Assembly: GCA_038826135.1 (NCBI GenBank)
Contig: JAWBON010000011.1
Span: 18,736-27,353, forward strand
Direction of reading: 5' to 3'
Length of the DNA: 8,618 nt
From: Candidatus Odinarchaeota archaeon
Lineage (GTDB): Archaea; Asgardarchaeota; Odinarchaeia; Odinarchaeales; Odinarchaeaceae
The position numbers and the translations under genes were made by a program. Positions within the stretch are counted from its first letter, which is position 1; every line of letters starts with the position of its first letter. The notes under the pieces are model-generated. The model worked only from the letters and a program-made list of their open reading frames with translations, made no database searches and was not told the origin of the DNA. Shown piece after piece: positions 1 through 7,017 of this stretch.

Positions 1-741
1 GGTCTTAAAGATAAGAATATTATAGTCCAGCGGGAAGTAACTTTAACTATTCAAAAAAACATCTGCCCAGACTGCTCTAAGATCAGCAGAGGATCCTATG
101 AAGCGATAATTCAAATAAGGGCTAAGAATAGACAGCTTGAAGAGGAGGAACGGGTGAAAATTCTCAATTACATATACAATTTCATACAGAAAAACAATAT
201 CACCAGCCCTGAACACGCAATAACTAAAATTAAAGAAAGCATCTCCGGCTTCGACTTATATTTTTCCTCTAACAACCTTGCTAGAAAAATATCTAACGAG
301 GTTGCTGAGGAATTCGGTTGCGCACATAAAGAGTCAAGTAAACTTGTAGGCAAAGATAAATCCGGTAAGACACTGTTTAAAGTCGTATATTCGCTCAGAC
401 TCCCCGCATTCAGGTTAGGTGACATTATAGAATGGAGTGGAAAATACTATATTTTAGAAAGCATAGGGGGTGGTAGTGCGCAGATAGTCGATATATCAGT
501 CAACCAGAAGAACTCTATACCTCTCTCTGAAACATGGAAAATAAGTTTAATTCTCCCGAGAGAGTCACTTAGCTGCTTCCTCATCCTAGCTGTTGAAGAT
601 AATGTCATCGACCTGATGGATACTAAAACATACGAGACGTTCTCAGTTAACAAGCCTACATGGTATGTTGAACCAGGGATGGAGTTAGCCGGATTCACTT
701 CAAGAAACGGCGAGATTATTATAATCCCACGAATAAAATAA
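1..741 (+). CDS. nmd3: NMD3-family large-subunit maturation factor, 5'-truncated
   Basis: Frame 1 is open from base 1 and reads ...KNICPDCSKISRGSYEAIIQIR, the NMD3 zinc knuckle plus YEAIxQxR, upstream of the tracked GTG at 154. It later shows KLVGKDKSGK..LRLPAFRLGD and an OB-like C-terminus. Confidence 0.92.
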   Translation, partial: GLKDKNIIVQREVTLTIQKNICPDCSKISRGSYEAIIQIRAKNRQLEEEERVKILNYIYNFIQKNNITSPEHAITKIKESISGFDLYFSSNNLARKISNEVAEEFGCAHKESSKLVGKDKSGKTLFKVVYSLRLPAFRLGDIIEWSGKYYILESIGGGSAQIVDISVNQKNSIPLSETWKISLILPRESLSCFLILAVEDNVIDLMDTKTYETFSVNKPTWYVEPGMELAGFTSRNGEIIIIPRIK

Positions 742-857
742 GTAGACTGCTTCGAAACCGTTAACGTGAATAAAAATAATAATTTAGAGAATGATTTAAA
801 TCTGGGTAAGTTAAAACAGTATAAAGTCTAAACATAGAAATAGGTTATGGTGGTAAA

Positions 858-1184
858 TTGCCTAAAAAAGAGAAGGGTAAGAAGGGTTCAGGGGACTCTT
901 CAATACAGGAGGTTCAACGTGTAAGAGTTCCTGAAGAAGGAGAACTTCTCGGCGAGGTTGTGCAACTGTTAGGTCATGAAACACTCAGGGTAAGATGCGC
1001 TGACGGTAAGATTAGACTGTGCAGGATTCCTGGGCGTATGATAAAGAAAACATGGATTAAAGAGGGGGATATCGTTTTAATTGTACCCTGGGATTTCCAA
1101 TACGAGACTAGAGGGGATATAATCTGGCGTTACACTCAGGGTCAAGTTCAATGGCTGGAGAAAAAAGGGTATATGAATTTTTGA
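858..1184 (+). CDS. eif1a: Translation initiation factor aIF-1A
   Basis: S1/OB-fold motifs LLG..LRVRCADGKIRLCRIPGRM.K.TWI..GD.V and DIIWRY. TTG start preceded by GGTGG at 849-853. Confidence 0.97.
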   Translation: MPKKEKGKKGSGDSSIQEVQRVRVPEEGELLGEVVQLLGHETLRVRCADGKIRLCRIPGRMIKKTWIKEGDIVLIVPWDFQYETRGDIIWRYTQGQVQWLEKKGYMNF

Positions 1185-1193
1185 GGTGTTCCC

Positions 1194-1970
1194 ATGTCCG
1201 GGGACTCAGATAAGATTATTAGATTACTAGACTTTAAGTTAGATCAGTTCCGAGTTAAAAAAAAGGATGAAGAGGATTTTGAAACTCAGGAGGGTGTTTT
1301 AGATAAACCCACTTTAGAAACTCTTTACAATTTGGCTAAAAGGAGATTTCTCACAGAAATGTACGGGGTTATCTCCGCCGGTAAGGAGGCTAATATTTAC
1401 TGGGCTAAAAACATGGGTGTTGACTACGCTGTTAAAATATATCGCACTTCAACAGCTAATTTTAAAGCGATCCGAAACTATATCAGAGGAGATCCGAGAT
1501 TTAAAAAAATCAAGAGAGGGATTAGACCTCTAATATATACGTGGGCTTTAAAAGAGTTTAAAAATCTTCAACGCGCTATGTCTGTGGGTGTTAGAGTACC
1601 TCAACCTGTAATTGTTAAAAATAATGTGTTGATTATGGAATTTATAGGCGCGGATGGTAAACCAGCGCCTCTTCTGAAAGATGTCATTTTAGAATCACCG
1701 GGAAAAATCTATAATTTAATCTGCGATTTTATAAAGCTGCTTTATAGAAAAGCCAAGCTTGTCCACGCGGATCTAAGCGAGTTTAATATTATGTATAACG
1801 GTGAGCCGGTGCTCATAGATATGTCTCAGTCAGTGTTAACATGTCACCCGCTAGCGTTGGATTATTTGAAGCGGGATATAGCTGTGATATCAAAGTTTTT
1901 CAAATCAATAGGGGTACGCGTTATGGATGAAGAAGACTTTTTAGAGGAAGTTACAGGTGGAGTGGGATGA
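1194..1970 (+). CDS. rio1: RIO1-family atypical serine kinase/ATPase
   Basis: P-loop ISAGKEANIY, AVKIY, catalytic loop HADLSEFNIM and IDMSQSV. Shine-Dalgarno (SD) GAGGTG at 1183-1188 overlaps the aIF-1A stop. Confidence 0.96.
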   Translation: MSGDSDKIIRLLDFKLDQFRVKKKDEEDFETQEGVLDKPTLETLYNLAKRRFLTEMYGVISAGKEANIYWAKNMGVDYAVKIYRTSTANFKAIRNYIRGDPRFKKIKRGIRPLIYTWALKEFKNLQRAMSVGVRVPQPVIVKNNVLIMEFIGADGKPAPLLKDVILESPGKIYNLICDFIKLLYRKAKLVHADLSEFNIMYNGEPVLIDMSQSVLTCHPLALDYLKRDIAVISKFFKSIGVRVMDEEDFLEEVTGGVG

Positions 1971-2551
1971 AAAATATTGAGGTTATTAGAATACCGAAGG
2001 ATAGGGTGGGGGTTGTAATAGGGAAAAACGGAGAGACTAAGAGCCTTATAGAACAGCTTACTAACACTAAGCTTACAGTTGACAGTTCAAACAACACGGT
2101 TTCAATAGAATCCTCGGAGCAAACGGATCCGCTTGGAGTTTGGAAAACAAAGCAGATTGTAACAGCTATCGGTAGAGGTTTTAATCCGAAGAATGCTTTA
2201 AAACTGGTTGAAGACGATGTTTTCCTAGAAATAATAGATTTAAAAAATATTTTTCCCTCTGAGAAATCCCAGGTTAGAATTAAAGGTAGAATTATAGGTG
2301 AAAACGGTAAGACTAGACGGACAATAGAGGAGCTTTCAGAGACTAAGATCTCAGTTTACGGTGACACGGTTGGAATTCTCGGAGGACAGGAACAGTTAAA
2401 GATAGCTAGGAAAGCTGTTGAAATGCTTATAAAAGGCTCCTCACACTCTTCAGTATATAAATATTTGAGTAGGAAGAAACAGGAGCTTAAACAGCAAAGA
2501 TATGATTTATGGGAGCGCCCCCCTCTTCAGAGAGAGGAAGGCGGTGAATAA
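1967..2551 (+). CDS. dim2: KH-domain pre-rRNA processing protein Dim2/Pno1
   Basis: Two KH GxxG motifs (VIGKNGETK, IIGENGKTR) and AIGRGF. ATGA overlap with the rio1 stop. Canonical archaeal aIF1A-rio1-dim2 gene order. Confidence 0.94.
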   Translation: MKNIEVIRIPKDRVGVVIGKNGETKSLIEQLTNTKLTVDSSNNTVSIESSEQTDPLGVWKTKQIVTAIGRGFNPKNALKLVEDDVFLEIIDLKNIFPSEKSQVRIKGRIIGENGKTRRTIEELSETKISVYGDTVGILGGQEQLKIARKAVEMLIKGSSHSSVYKYLSRKKQELKQQRYDLWERPPLQREEGGE

Positions 2552-2553
2552 AC

Positions 2554-3234
2554 TTATTTAAAAGCATTATTGAATTCAACGTTTACTCGTCCATCTTTAA
2601 TATCAATAATAGTGTAATATCCTAGTGAAGCGCTGCCAGGGTTAACTAGCATTGTTCGACCTAGAAAAGCTTGCCCCATAGCTTCATGAATGTGACCGCT
2701 TATATGAAGCAAGGGTTCTCTATTGAGAATGAACTCTCTAATTTTCCTACTGCCGACATGGAGCCCCCTCTTATTAAAGTCAACGGCGGTTCCGTAAGGC
2801 GGATCATGCGTAACGGTGATCAGCTTAGACGAATCCGGTGTTTTTAAACTCAAATTTTTAAGTATTAAGTTAATCTCATCTTCAGAGAGTTCGAAAAGTG
2901 TTTTAAACGGGGTTGGGCTGCTGCCGCCTAATCCTAAAAACCAGTAATCTAAATATTTTAAAACTCTCATGTGAATGTTTGAAACAATACCGTCATCTGT
3001 AAAATTTTCAAGTTCACGGCTATCACAGTTACCGGGAATAAAAAAAATTCTATCACTACCTGTTCTCTCAAGTATTTTGAAAATATTAGCGGCCGCCTTC
3101 ACATCGCCGAAGTGTGTGATATCCCCTGCTAATATAATTAGTTGAAATTTAACACCTGCTAGTGTTACTCTCTCCGCTATCTTTTCAACAGAGCCGTGAT
3201 TGCCGTGTACATCTGATAAAATAAGTGCTAGCAC
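2554..3234 (-). CDS. Calcineurin-like metallophosphoesterase, substrate unknown
   Basis: All metal-binding motifs are present: DVHGN, AGD, PGNCD, THDPP, SGHIHE and NPGS. GTG start with a purine-rich SD-like stretch upstream. Confidence 0.9.
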   Translation of the reverse strand: MLALILSDVHGNHGSVEKIAERVTLAGVKFQLIILAGDITHFGDVKAAANIFKILERTGSDRIFFIPGNCDSRELENFTDDGIVSNIHMRVLKYLDYWFLGLGGSSPTPFKTLFELSEDEINLILKNLSLKTPDSSKLITVTHDPPYGTAVDFNKRGLHVGSRKIREFILNREPLLHISGHIHEAMGQAFLGRTMLVNPGSASLGYYTIIDIKDGRVNVEFNNAFK

Positions 3235-3399
3235 TATTCATCCCCACTATGCGTTAGTTAATTATTATTAGCTATTAACCTGTATTTTTAATAAATTTAT
3301 TAGTTTCGAAGCGTTATATATTTAACAACACGGGCTTTAACTAAAAATGTATGGATGCGAACAGATTACTATCACATTTAAATCATGAGGCGGTTTGTT

Positions 3400-3870
3400 T
3401 TGAAAATTATGGTTGTTCTAGGAGGGGGCGGTCACAGCTTCGAGATGATGAAGATTCTGGAAGGTTTGCATTTTAATAATATAATATACGTGTTAAACCA
3501 TGATGACCACTATACTGGTTTAAAGCTTAAGGGAACGCGTTTCTACAGATTGATAAGGCCTAGAAAACCATCAGAATACAGTGTTAAAGCTTTTTTCAGA
3601 TTTATATTTTCAATATTAAATTCACTGGCCCTTTTAATATGGACGAGGCCTAAACTGGTAATCACAAACGGCCCCTCTATAAGCGTGCCTTTAACTTTTA
3701 TCAGCTGGATACTAAGAATCCCGGTTATTTATATTGAGAGCGTGTGTAGAGTTTACAGGCTATCCCTTTCAGGCCGTATCATCTTGCCTTTAACCAGTCT
3801 TTTCATAGTTCAATGGCCGTATCTTAAAAAATATTCTAAGAAAATAATTTACGCTGGTAGAATCTTCTAG
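3400..3870 (+). CDS. alg14: Alg14-like acceptor-binding subunit of UDP-GlcNAc transferase
   Basis: VLGGGGHS.EM, ITNGPSISVP, YIESVCRV..LSLSGRI, FIVQWP and YAGRI match Alg14. TTG at 3400 is preferred because GAGGCGG lies at 3387-3393; ATG at 3385 or 3409 are alternatives. Confidence 0.9.
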   Translation: MKIMVVLGGGGHSFEMMKILEGLHFNNIIYVLNHDDHYTGLKLKGTRFYRLIRPRKPSEYSVKAFFRFIFSILNSLALLIWTRPKLVITNGPSISVPLTFISWILRIPVIYIESVCRVYRLSLSGRIILPLTSLFIVQWPYLKKYSKKIIYAGRIF

Positions 3871-3878
3871 GTGTTTTT

Positions 3879-4340
3879 ATGAAATTGTTTATAACAGTCG
3901 GTACTTCAAGTTTCGACCCTCTTTTCAGAAGGGTGGATGATATTCTAAAGGAGAGAACGGATTTTGAAGCTATAGGTCAGATAGGAACCGGGCTATATAA
4001 GCCGGTCCGGTTTACTAAAATTTTCAGGTTCACCAACAATATAGATAAGTATTACGCTTGGGCTGATCTAATAATATCGCATGGCGGTGCTGGTACAATA
4101 TATGATATACTACGCTTTAATAAGAAAGCGATAGTTATACCTAATAGGATGGTGGTTGAAGAGCACCAGGTTGAACTTGTTACCGTGTTACATAAGCTTG
4201 GCTATATAATGATGGGCGACCTTGATAAATTATCTGAACAGATAGCTGCCGCCTCAACATATGATTTTAAGCCGTATATTAGTAAACCCAACAAAATACA
4301 GTATATCCTGGATAAATATATTCGCGGAATTATAGGTTAA
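3879..4340 (+). CDS. alg13: Alg13-like donor-binding (GT28 C-terminal) subunit of UDP-GlcNAc transferase
   Basis: FITVGTSSFD, QIG, ADLIISHGGAGT and EHQVEL. It starts 8 nt after alg14, and SD AGGTG overlaps the alg14 stop. Confidence 0.9.
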   Translation: MKLFITVGTSSFDPLFRRVDDILKERTDFEAIGQIGTGLYKPVRFTKIFRFTNNIDKYYAWADLIISHGGAGTIYDILRFNKKAIVIPNRMVVEEHQVELVTVLHKLGYIMMGDLDKLSEQIAAASTYDFKPYISKPNKIQYILDKYIRGIIG

Positions 4341-5065
4341 TGCACCTTACATACAGGTGGTAATCGTCTTTTATGCATGTTCCGTTTAACTCTGTAAATT
4401 ATAGAGTTTACTGCATCCGCCGGTATTCCTTTATAGTCTCCTCTGACAACTTTATCTAAAACTTCATATTTGAATCCTATATCCTCTTCATCCGTTTGCC
4501 CCTCATATAACTCCGCTGAAGGCGGTTTCTCAATTATGCTTCTCGGAATCTTAATATGCTCTGCGATCCTTCTTACCTCGCATTTAACCAGATCACCTAA
4601 TGGTAATAGATCCACCCCTCCATCACCGTATTTAGTGAAATACCCGATTCTTAACTCCGTGTAATTTCCCGTTCCCACCACTAAGTAGGATAGACTGTTA
4701 GCTACATAGTAAAGGGTTGTCATTCTCAGCCTTGGTTTAATATTAGCTTCAGCGTTTAGATTAGTTAACTGGAAGGATCCCCTATATGTTTTAATTAATT
4801 GATCGTAAATCTCGGTTAAATCAATTATTTTATACTCTATATTGAATTGCTCAGCTAATTTAACAGCGCTATCTACACTGTCTGTTGGTGAATGGCATGG
4901 TAGAATAAGAGCTAAAGTAGGGTAACCGGTCCTCTTACACAAAACAGCTGTAACAGATGAATCTACCCCGCCTGATAAGCCTAATGTAAACCCCTTCATA
5001 CCAGAAGCGCTTATTCTTCGCTTAAGCCATGTTATAATTTTTATAATAGTTTCACTTATATTCAT
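4337..5065 (-). CDS. nadE: NH3-dependent NAD+ synthetase
   Basis: GLSGGVDS, NIKPRLRM, GTGN.TE..GYFTKYGDG and KPPSAEL..GQTDE; no glutaminase domain. ATG at 5065 has GTGG upstream; GTG at 5074 is an alternative. Confidence 0.96.
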   Translation of the reverse strand: MNISETIIKIITWLKRRISASGMKGFTLGLSGGVDSSVTAVLCKRTGYPTLALILPCHSPTDSVDSAVKLAEQFNIEYKIIDLTEIYDQLIKTYRGSFQLTNLNAEANIKPRLRMTTLYYVANSLSYLVVGTGNYTELRIGYFTKYGDGGVDLLPLGDLVKCEVRRIAEHIKIPRSIIEKPPSAELYEGQTDEEDIGFKYEVLDKVVRGDYKGIPADAVNSIIYRVKRNMHKRRLPPVCKVH

Positions 5066-5186
5066 TTCAACCACGCAGATAAACTGAGTTTAAAATATTT
5101 CATCACATGTTTAATAATTTACTTCATAGAATAATAAATATAGATGCTTCTTGATAAAAATTATAAATGTTTTTCGAGGCTGTTAT

Positions 5187-5693
5187 ATGAGATTATGGCT
5201 TCAAAACATATTAGCATGCCCTATATGTAAGACTCATCCTTTGAAGTTAATAGTTTTCGAATGGGATAAACCGGACAATACTTCGGAAACAGAGGCTCTT
5301 AAAAAGATGCTTATAAATGATGTTGAGAAAAAAATTATCAGCCCGAAGTCGATGATATCGCTTACCGTAATCGCTAGCGACGAGCTGTTAAACCGTAGAA
5401 TTGAAAAATTGAAGCACGCTTTTACAGGTTTAAACTTAGACTACGACCCTAATGTTTTAATGGCGAAAATCGAATCGGAAATGGAATTTTTCGTCGAGAC
5501 AATATACAGGCTTAACATTAAAAACGGCCTTCTCGTATGCGTAAACTGTAAGCGCTGGTTTCCTATAGGCAGTAGTATAGACGGTGTACCTGAGATGCTG
5601 CCGGATGATCTCCGTGATAAAATCAAAGATAAGAAGTTCATTAACTTATGGTTTAGTAAGTTACCGGAGGATTTGAAAAAAATAATAGTTTAG
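5187..5693 (+). CDS. trm112: Trm112-family methyltransferase activator, long form (168 aa)
   Basis: N-terminal M.LWL.NILACPIC and C-terminal I..GLLVCVNCKRWFPI...DGVPEMLP form the split zinc-binding domain. ATG at 5187 has GAGG upstream, so the tracked TTG at 5151 is unlikely. Confidence 0.85.
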   Translation: MRLWLQNILACPICKTHPLKLIVFEWDKPDNTSETEALKKMLINDVEKKIISPKSMISLTVIASDELLNRRIEKLKHAFTGLNLDYDPNVLMAKIESEMEFFVETIYRLNIKNGLLVCVNCKRWFPIGSSIDGVPEMLPDDLRDKIKDKKFINLWFSKLPEDLKKIIV

Positions 5694-5711
5694 CTGAATA
5701 GAGGTGGCGGG

Positions 5712-6377
5712 TTGAATTCGCAAATATGGTTTCTATTATTGAGAATAGCTGAGATGGGAAACGGTGAGCTTATATCAACAACTTCACTCAGCAGTAAAAT
5801 AGGCTTCAGCCAACAGAGTGCCTCCAGATATATTCGAATGCTTGAAAAGCAGGGTTTAATCACTAGGCGTATAACCAGCAGAGGGCAGTTTATAACGTTA
5901 ACAGGTGAAGGGTTAAACCGGCTTAGAGAGGTTTATAACAGGCTGAAAATAATTTTCGGGGAGGCTATACCTCTGTTTACAATTAAGGGTGTGGTTTTCA
6001 CAGGCTTAGGAGAAGGCGCCTATTATATGTCTAAAAAAGGGTATGTTGAACAATTCGAAAAACAGTTAGGGTTTAAACCCTTCCCAGGGACTTTGAATAT
6101 TAAACTATTGGATGAAGATGATATTAAAGCTAAGAGAGAGCTAGCCTCCCTTCAAGGTAAAGTAATCCATTCGTTCATAGATGATGATAGAACATTCGGT
6201 GACGTTAAATGTTTCCCAGCCTCTGTGAACGGCAAAGTCAGCGGTGCGGTTATACTGGTGAAAAGAACCCATTACGGTGATAACATATTAGAAGTAATCT
6301 CAGAGTATAATCTTAGAGAGAAGCTCTCTTTAAAAGACGGGGATATAGTTAGATTAACAGTAAACTTAGCGATCTAA
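5712..6377 (+). CDS. ribK: Winged-HTH fused CTP-dependent riboflavin kinase (RbkR-type)
   Basis: N-terminal HTH SQQSASRYIRMLEKQGLITR, then GLGEGAYY, LGF.PFPGTLN, RTHY and LKDGD. SD GAGGTG at 5701-5706 precedes the TTG start. Confidence 0.95.
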   Translation: MNSQIWFLLLRIAEMGNGELISTTSLSSKIGFSQQSASRYIRMLEKQGLITRRITSRGQFITLTGEGLNRLREVYNRLKIIFGEAIPLFTIKGVVFTGLGEGAYYMSKKGYVEQFEKQLGFKPFPGTLNIKLLDEDDIKAKRELASLQGKVIHSFIDDDRTFGDVKCFPASVNGKVSGAVILVKRTHYGDNILEVISEYNLREKLSLKDGDIVRLTVNLAI

Positions 6378-6835
6378 CATTTCCTATACTCTCTGATTAT
6401 CTTATCTATTATCTTACTTGTTCTGCAGAGATCATATTTGTCAAGATATTCCGGAATCCTGATTATTTTAGTTTTAAGCCCTAGGTTCTGGAGTTTATTT
6501 TTCAACTCCTCTTCTGAGAAATTCTGGTCTGGTCCTAGGATAATATAGTCTGGGTGAATGTCTTCAACGATCTTTAAAAGATCCGTGCCACTGTTGCCGA
6601 GAACCGCTTTTTTAACATATCTTATACCTTCAACCACTGCTAATCTCTGATCCTCTGGTATTATTGGAGGATGCCCTTTAATTCTCTTAACATTTTCATC
6701 TCTCGCCACTACGACTATAAGGTCGCCGAACCTACTAGCTTTCCGCATTAAATGTATGTGACCTCCGTGTATGATGTCGAATGTTCCACCTATTAAAACA
6801 GTTTTTCTCCGAGCTCTTCCTTGGTTGTTAACCAT
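6374..6835 (-). CDS. ribL: Archaeal FAD synthase (cytidylyltransferase fold)
   Basis: GGTFDIIHGGH (HxGH), VVVARD, R...V..IRYV..A.LG, LGPDQ and TSKII. SD GGAGGA on the minus strand at 6841-6846. Adjacency to riboflavin kinase favours RibL over TagD. Confidence 0.82.
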   Translation of the reverse strand: MVNNQGRARRKTVLIGGTFDIIHGGHIHLMRKASRFGDLIVVVARDENVKRIKGHPPIIPEDQRLAVVEGIRYVKKAVLGNSGTDLLKIVEDIHPDYIILGPDQNFSEEELKNKLQNLGLKTKIIRIPEYLDKYDLCRTSKIIDKIIREYRKC

Positions 6836-6883
6836 ATAAGTCCTCCATATTAGGTTCTATTATGCGATAGTTAAATCTAAATA

Positions 6884-6891
6884 TTTTTAAA
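6884..6891 (+). promoter_or_regulatory. Putative TATA box for the tRNA-Lys (and possibly alg7) transcript
   Basis: TTTTTAAA spans about -32 to -25 relative to tRNA G1 at 6916, consistent with archaeal TATA spacing. The AT-rich context lowers specificity. Confidence 0.55.
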
Positions 6892-6946
6892 TCATGAGAT
6901 TAAATCCATATTGATGGGCCCGTAGCTCAGGCAGGTAGAGCGTCAG

Positions 6947-6970
6947 ACTATTCTAATAGAATAGGGTGAA
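6947..6970 (+). other. tRNA intron 1, 24 nt, position 30/31, strict BHB
   Basis: Outer helix AGAG(6937-40)/CTCT(6972-75), central helix CGTC/GGTG, bulges AGA (6945-47) and AAG (6969-71), intron hairpin CTATTCT-AAT-AGAATAG. Cutting after the second nucleotide of each bulge gives these boundaries. Confidence 0.85.
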
Positions 6971-6986
6971 GCTCTTAACTTGATGG

Positions 6987-7017
6987 ACTGGGGTATTGAT
7001 GAATACTCTAGGTCGAA
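6987..7017 (+). other. tRNA intron 2, 31 nt, position 46/47, relaxed BHB
   Basis: Central helix TGAT(6981-84)/GTCG(7012-15), bulge GGA (6985-87), 10-bp hairpin CTGGGGTATT-GATG-AATACTCTAG. The 3' site AA|T lacks a clear outer helix. Excision restores the variable loop TGGTC. Confidence 0.85.

Noticed and set aside
154-156. GTG at 154 as the start of a novel 195-aa protein
   Set aside because: The frame is open from base 1 and contains the NMD3 CPDC..YEAIIQIR motif upstream, so this is an internal codon.
168-698. Minus-strand ORFs 168-425 and 447-698
   Set aside because: They lie wholly antisense to NMD3 and show no recognisable motifs; treated as shadow ORFs.
751-766. Short palindromes TTCGAA and CGTTAACG after nmd3
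   Set aside because: Palindromes of 6-8 bp are expected by chance, and there is no stem-loop or T-tract to support a terminator.
4470-4664. Plus-strand 64-aa ORF
   Set aside because: It is antisense to the conserved core of nadE and has no recognisable motif.
5441-5641. Minus-strand 66-aa ORF
   Set aside because: It is antisense to trm112 and has no independent support.
6943-6954. Reading TCAGA-CT-ATT-CT as the anticodon arm (anticodon AUU, Asn)
   Set aside because: No complementary 3' stem follows, A34 is atypical for archaea and position 37 would be a pyrimidine. The two-intron parse gives a proper CT-CTT-AA loop, and the acceptor stem and G73 match archaeal tRNA-Lys.
6996-7002. Box C-like TTGATGA in the loop of intron 2, suggesting an intron-encoded C/D guide RNA
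   Set aside because: There is no box D (CTGA) in the intron, and 31 nt is too short for guide regions.
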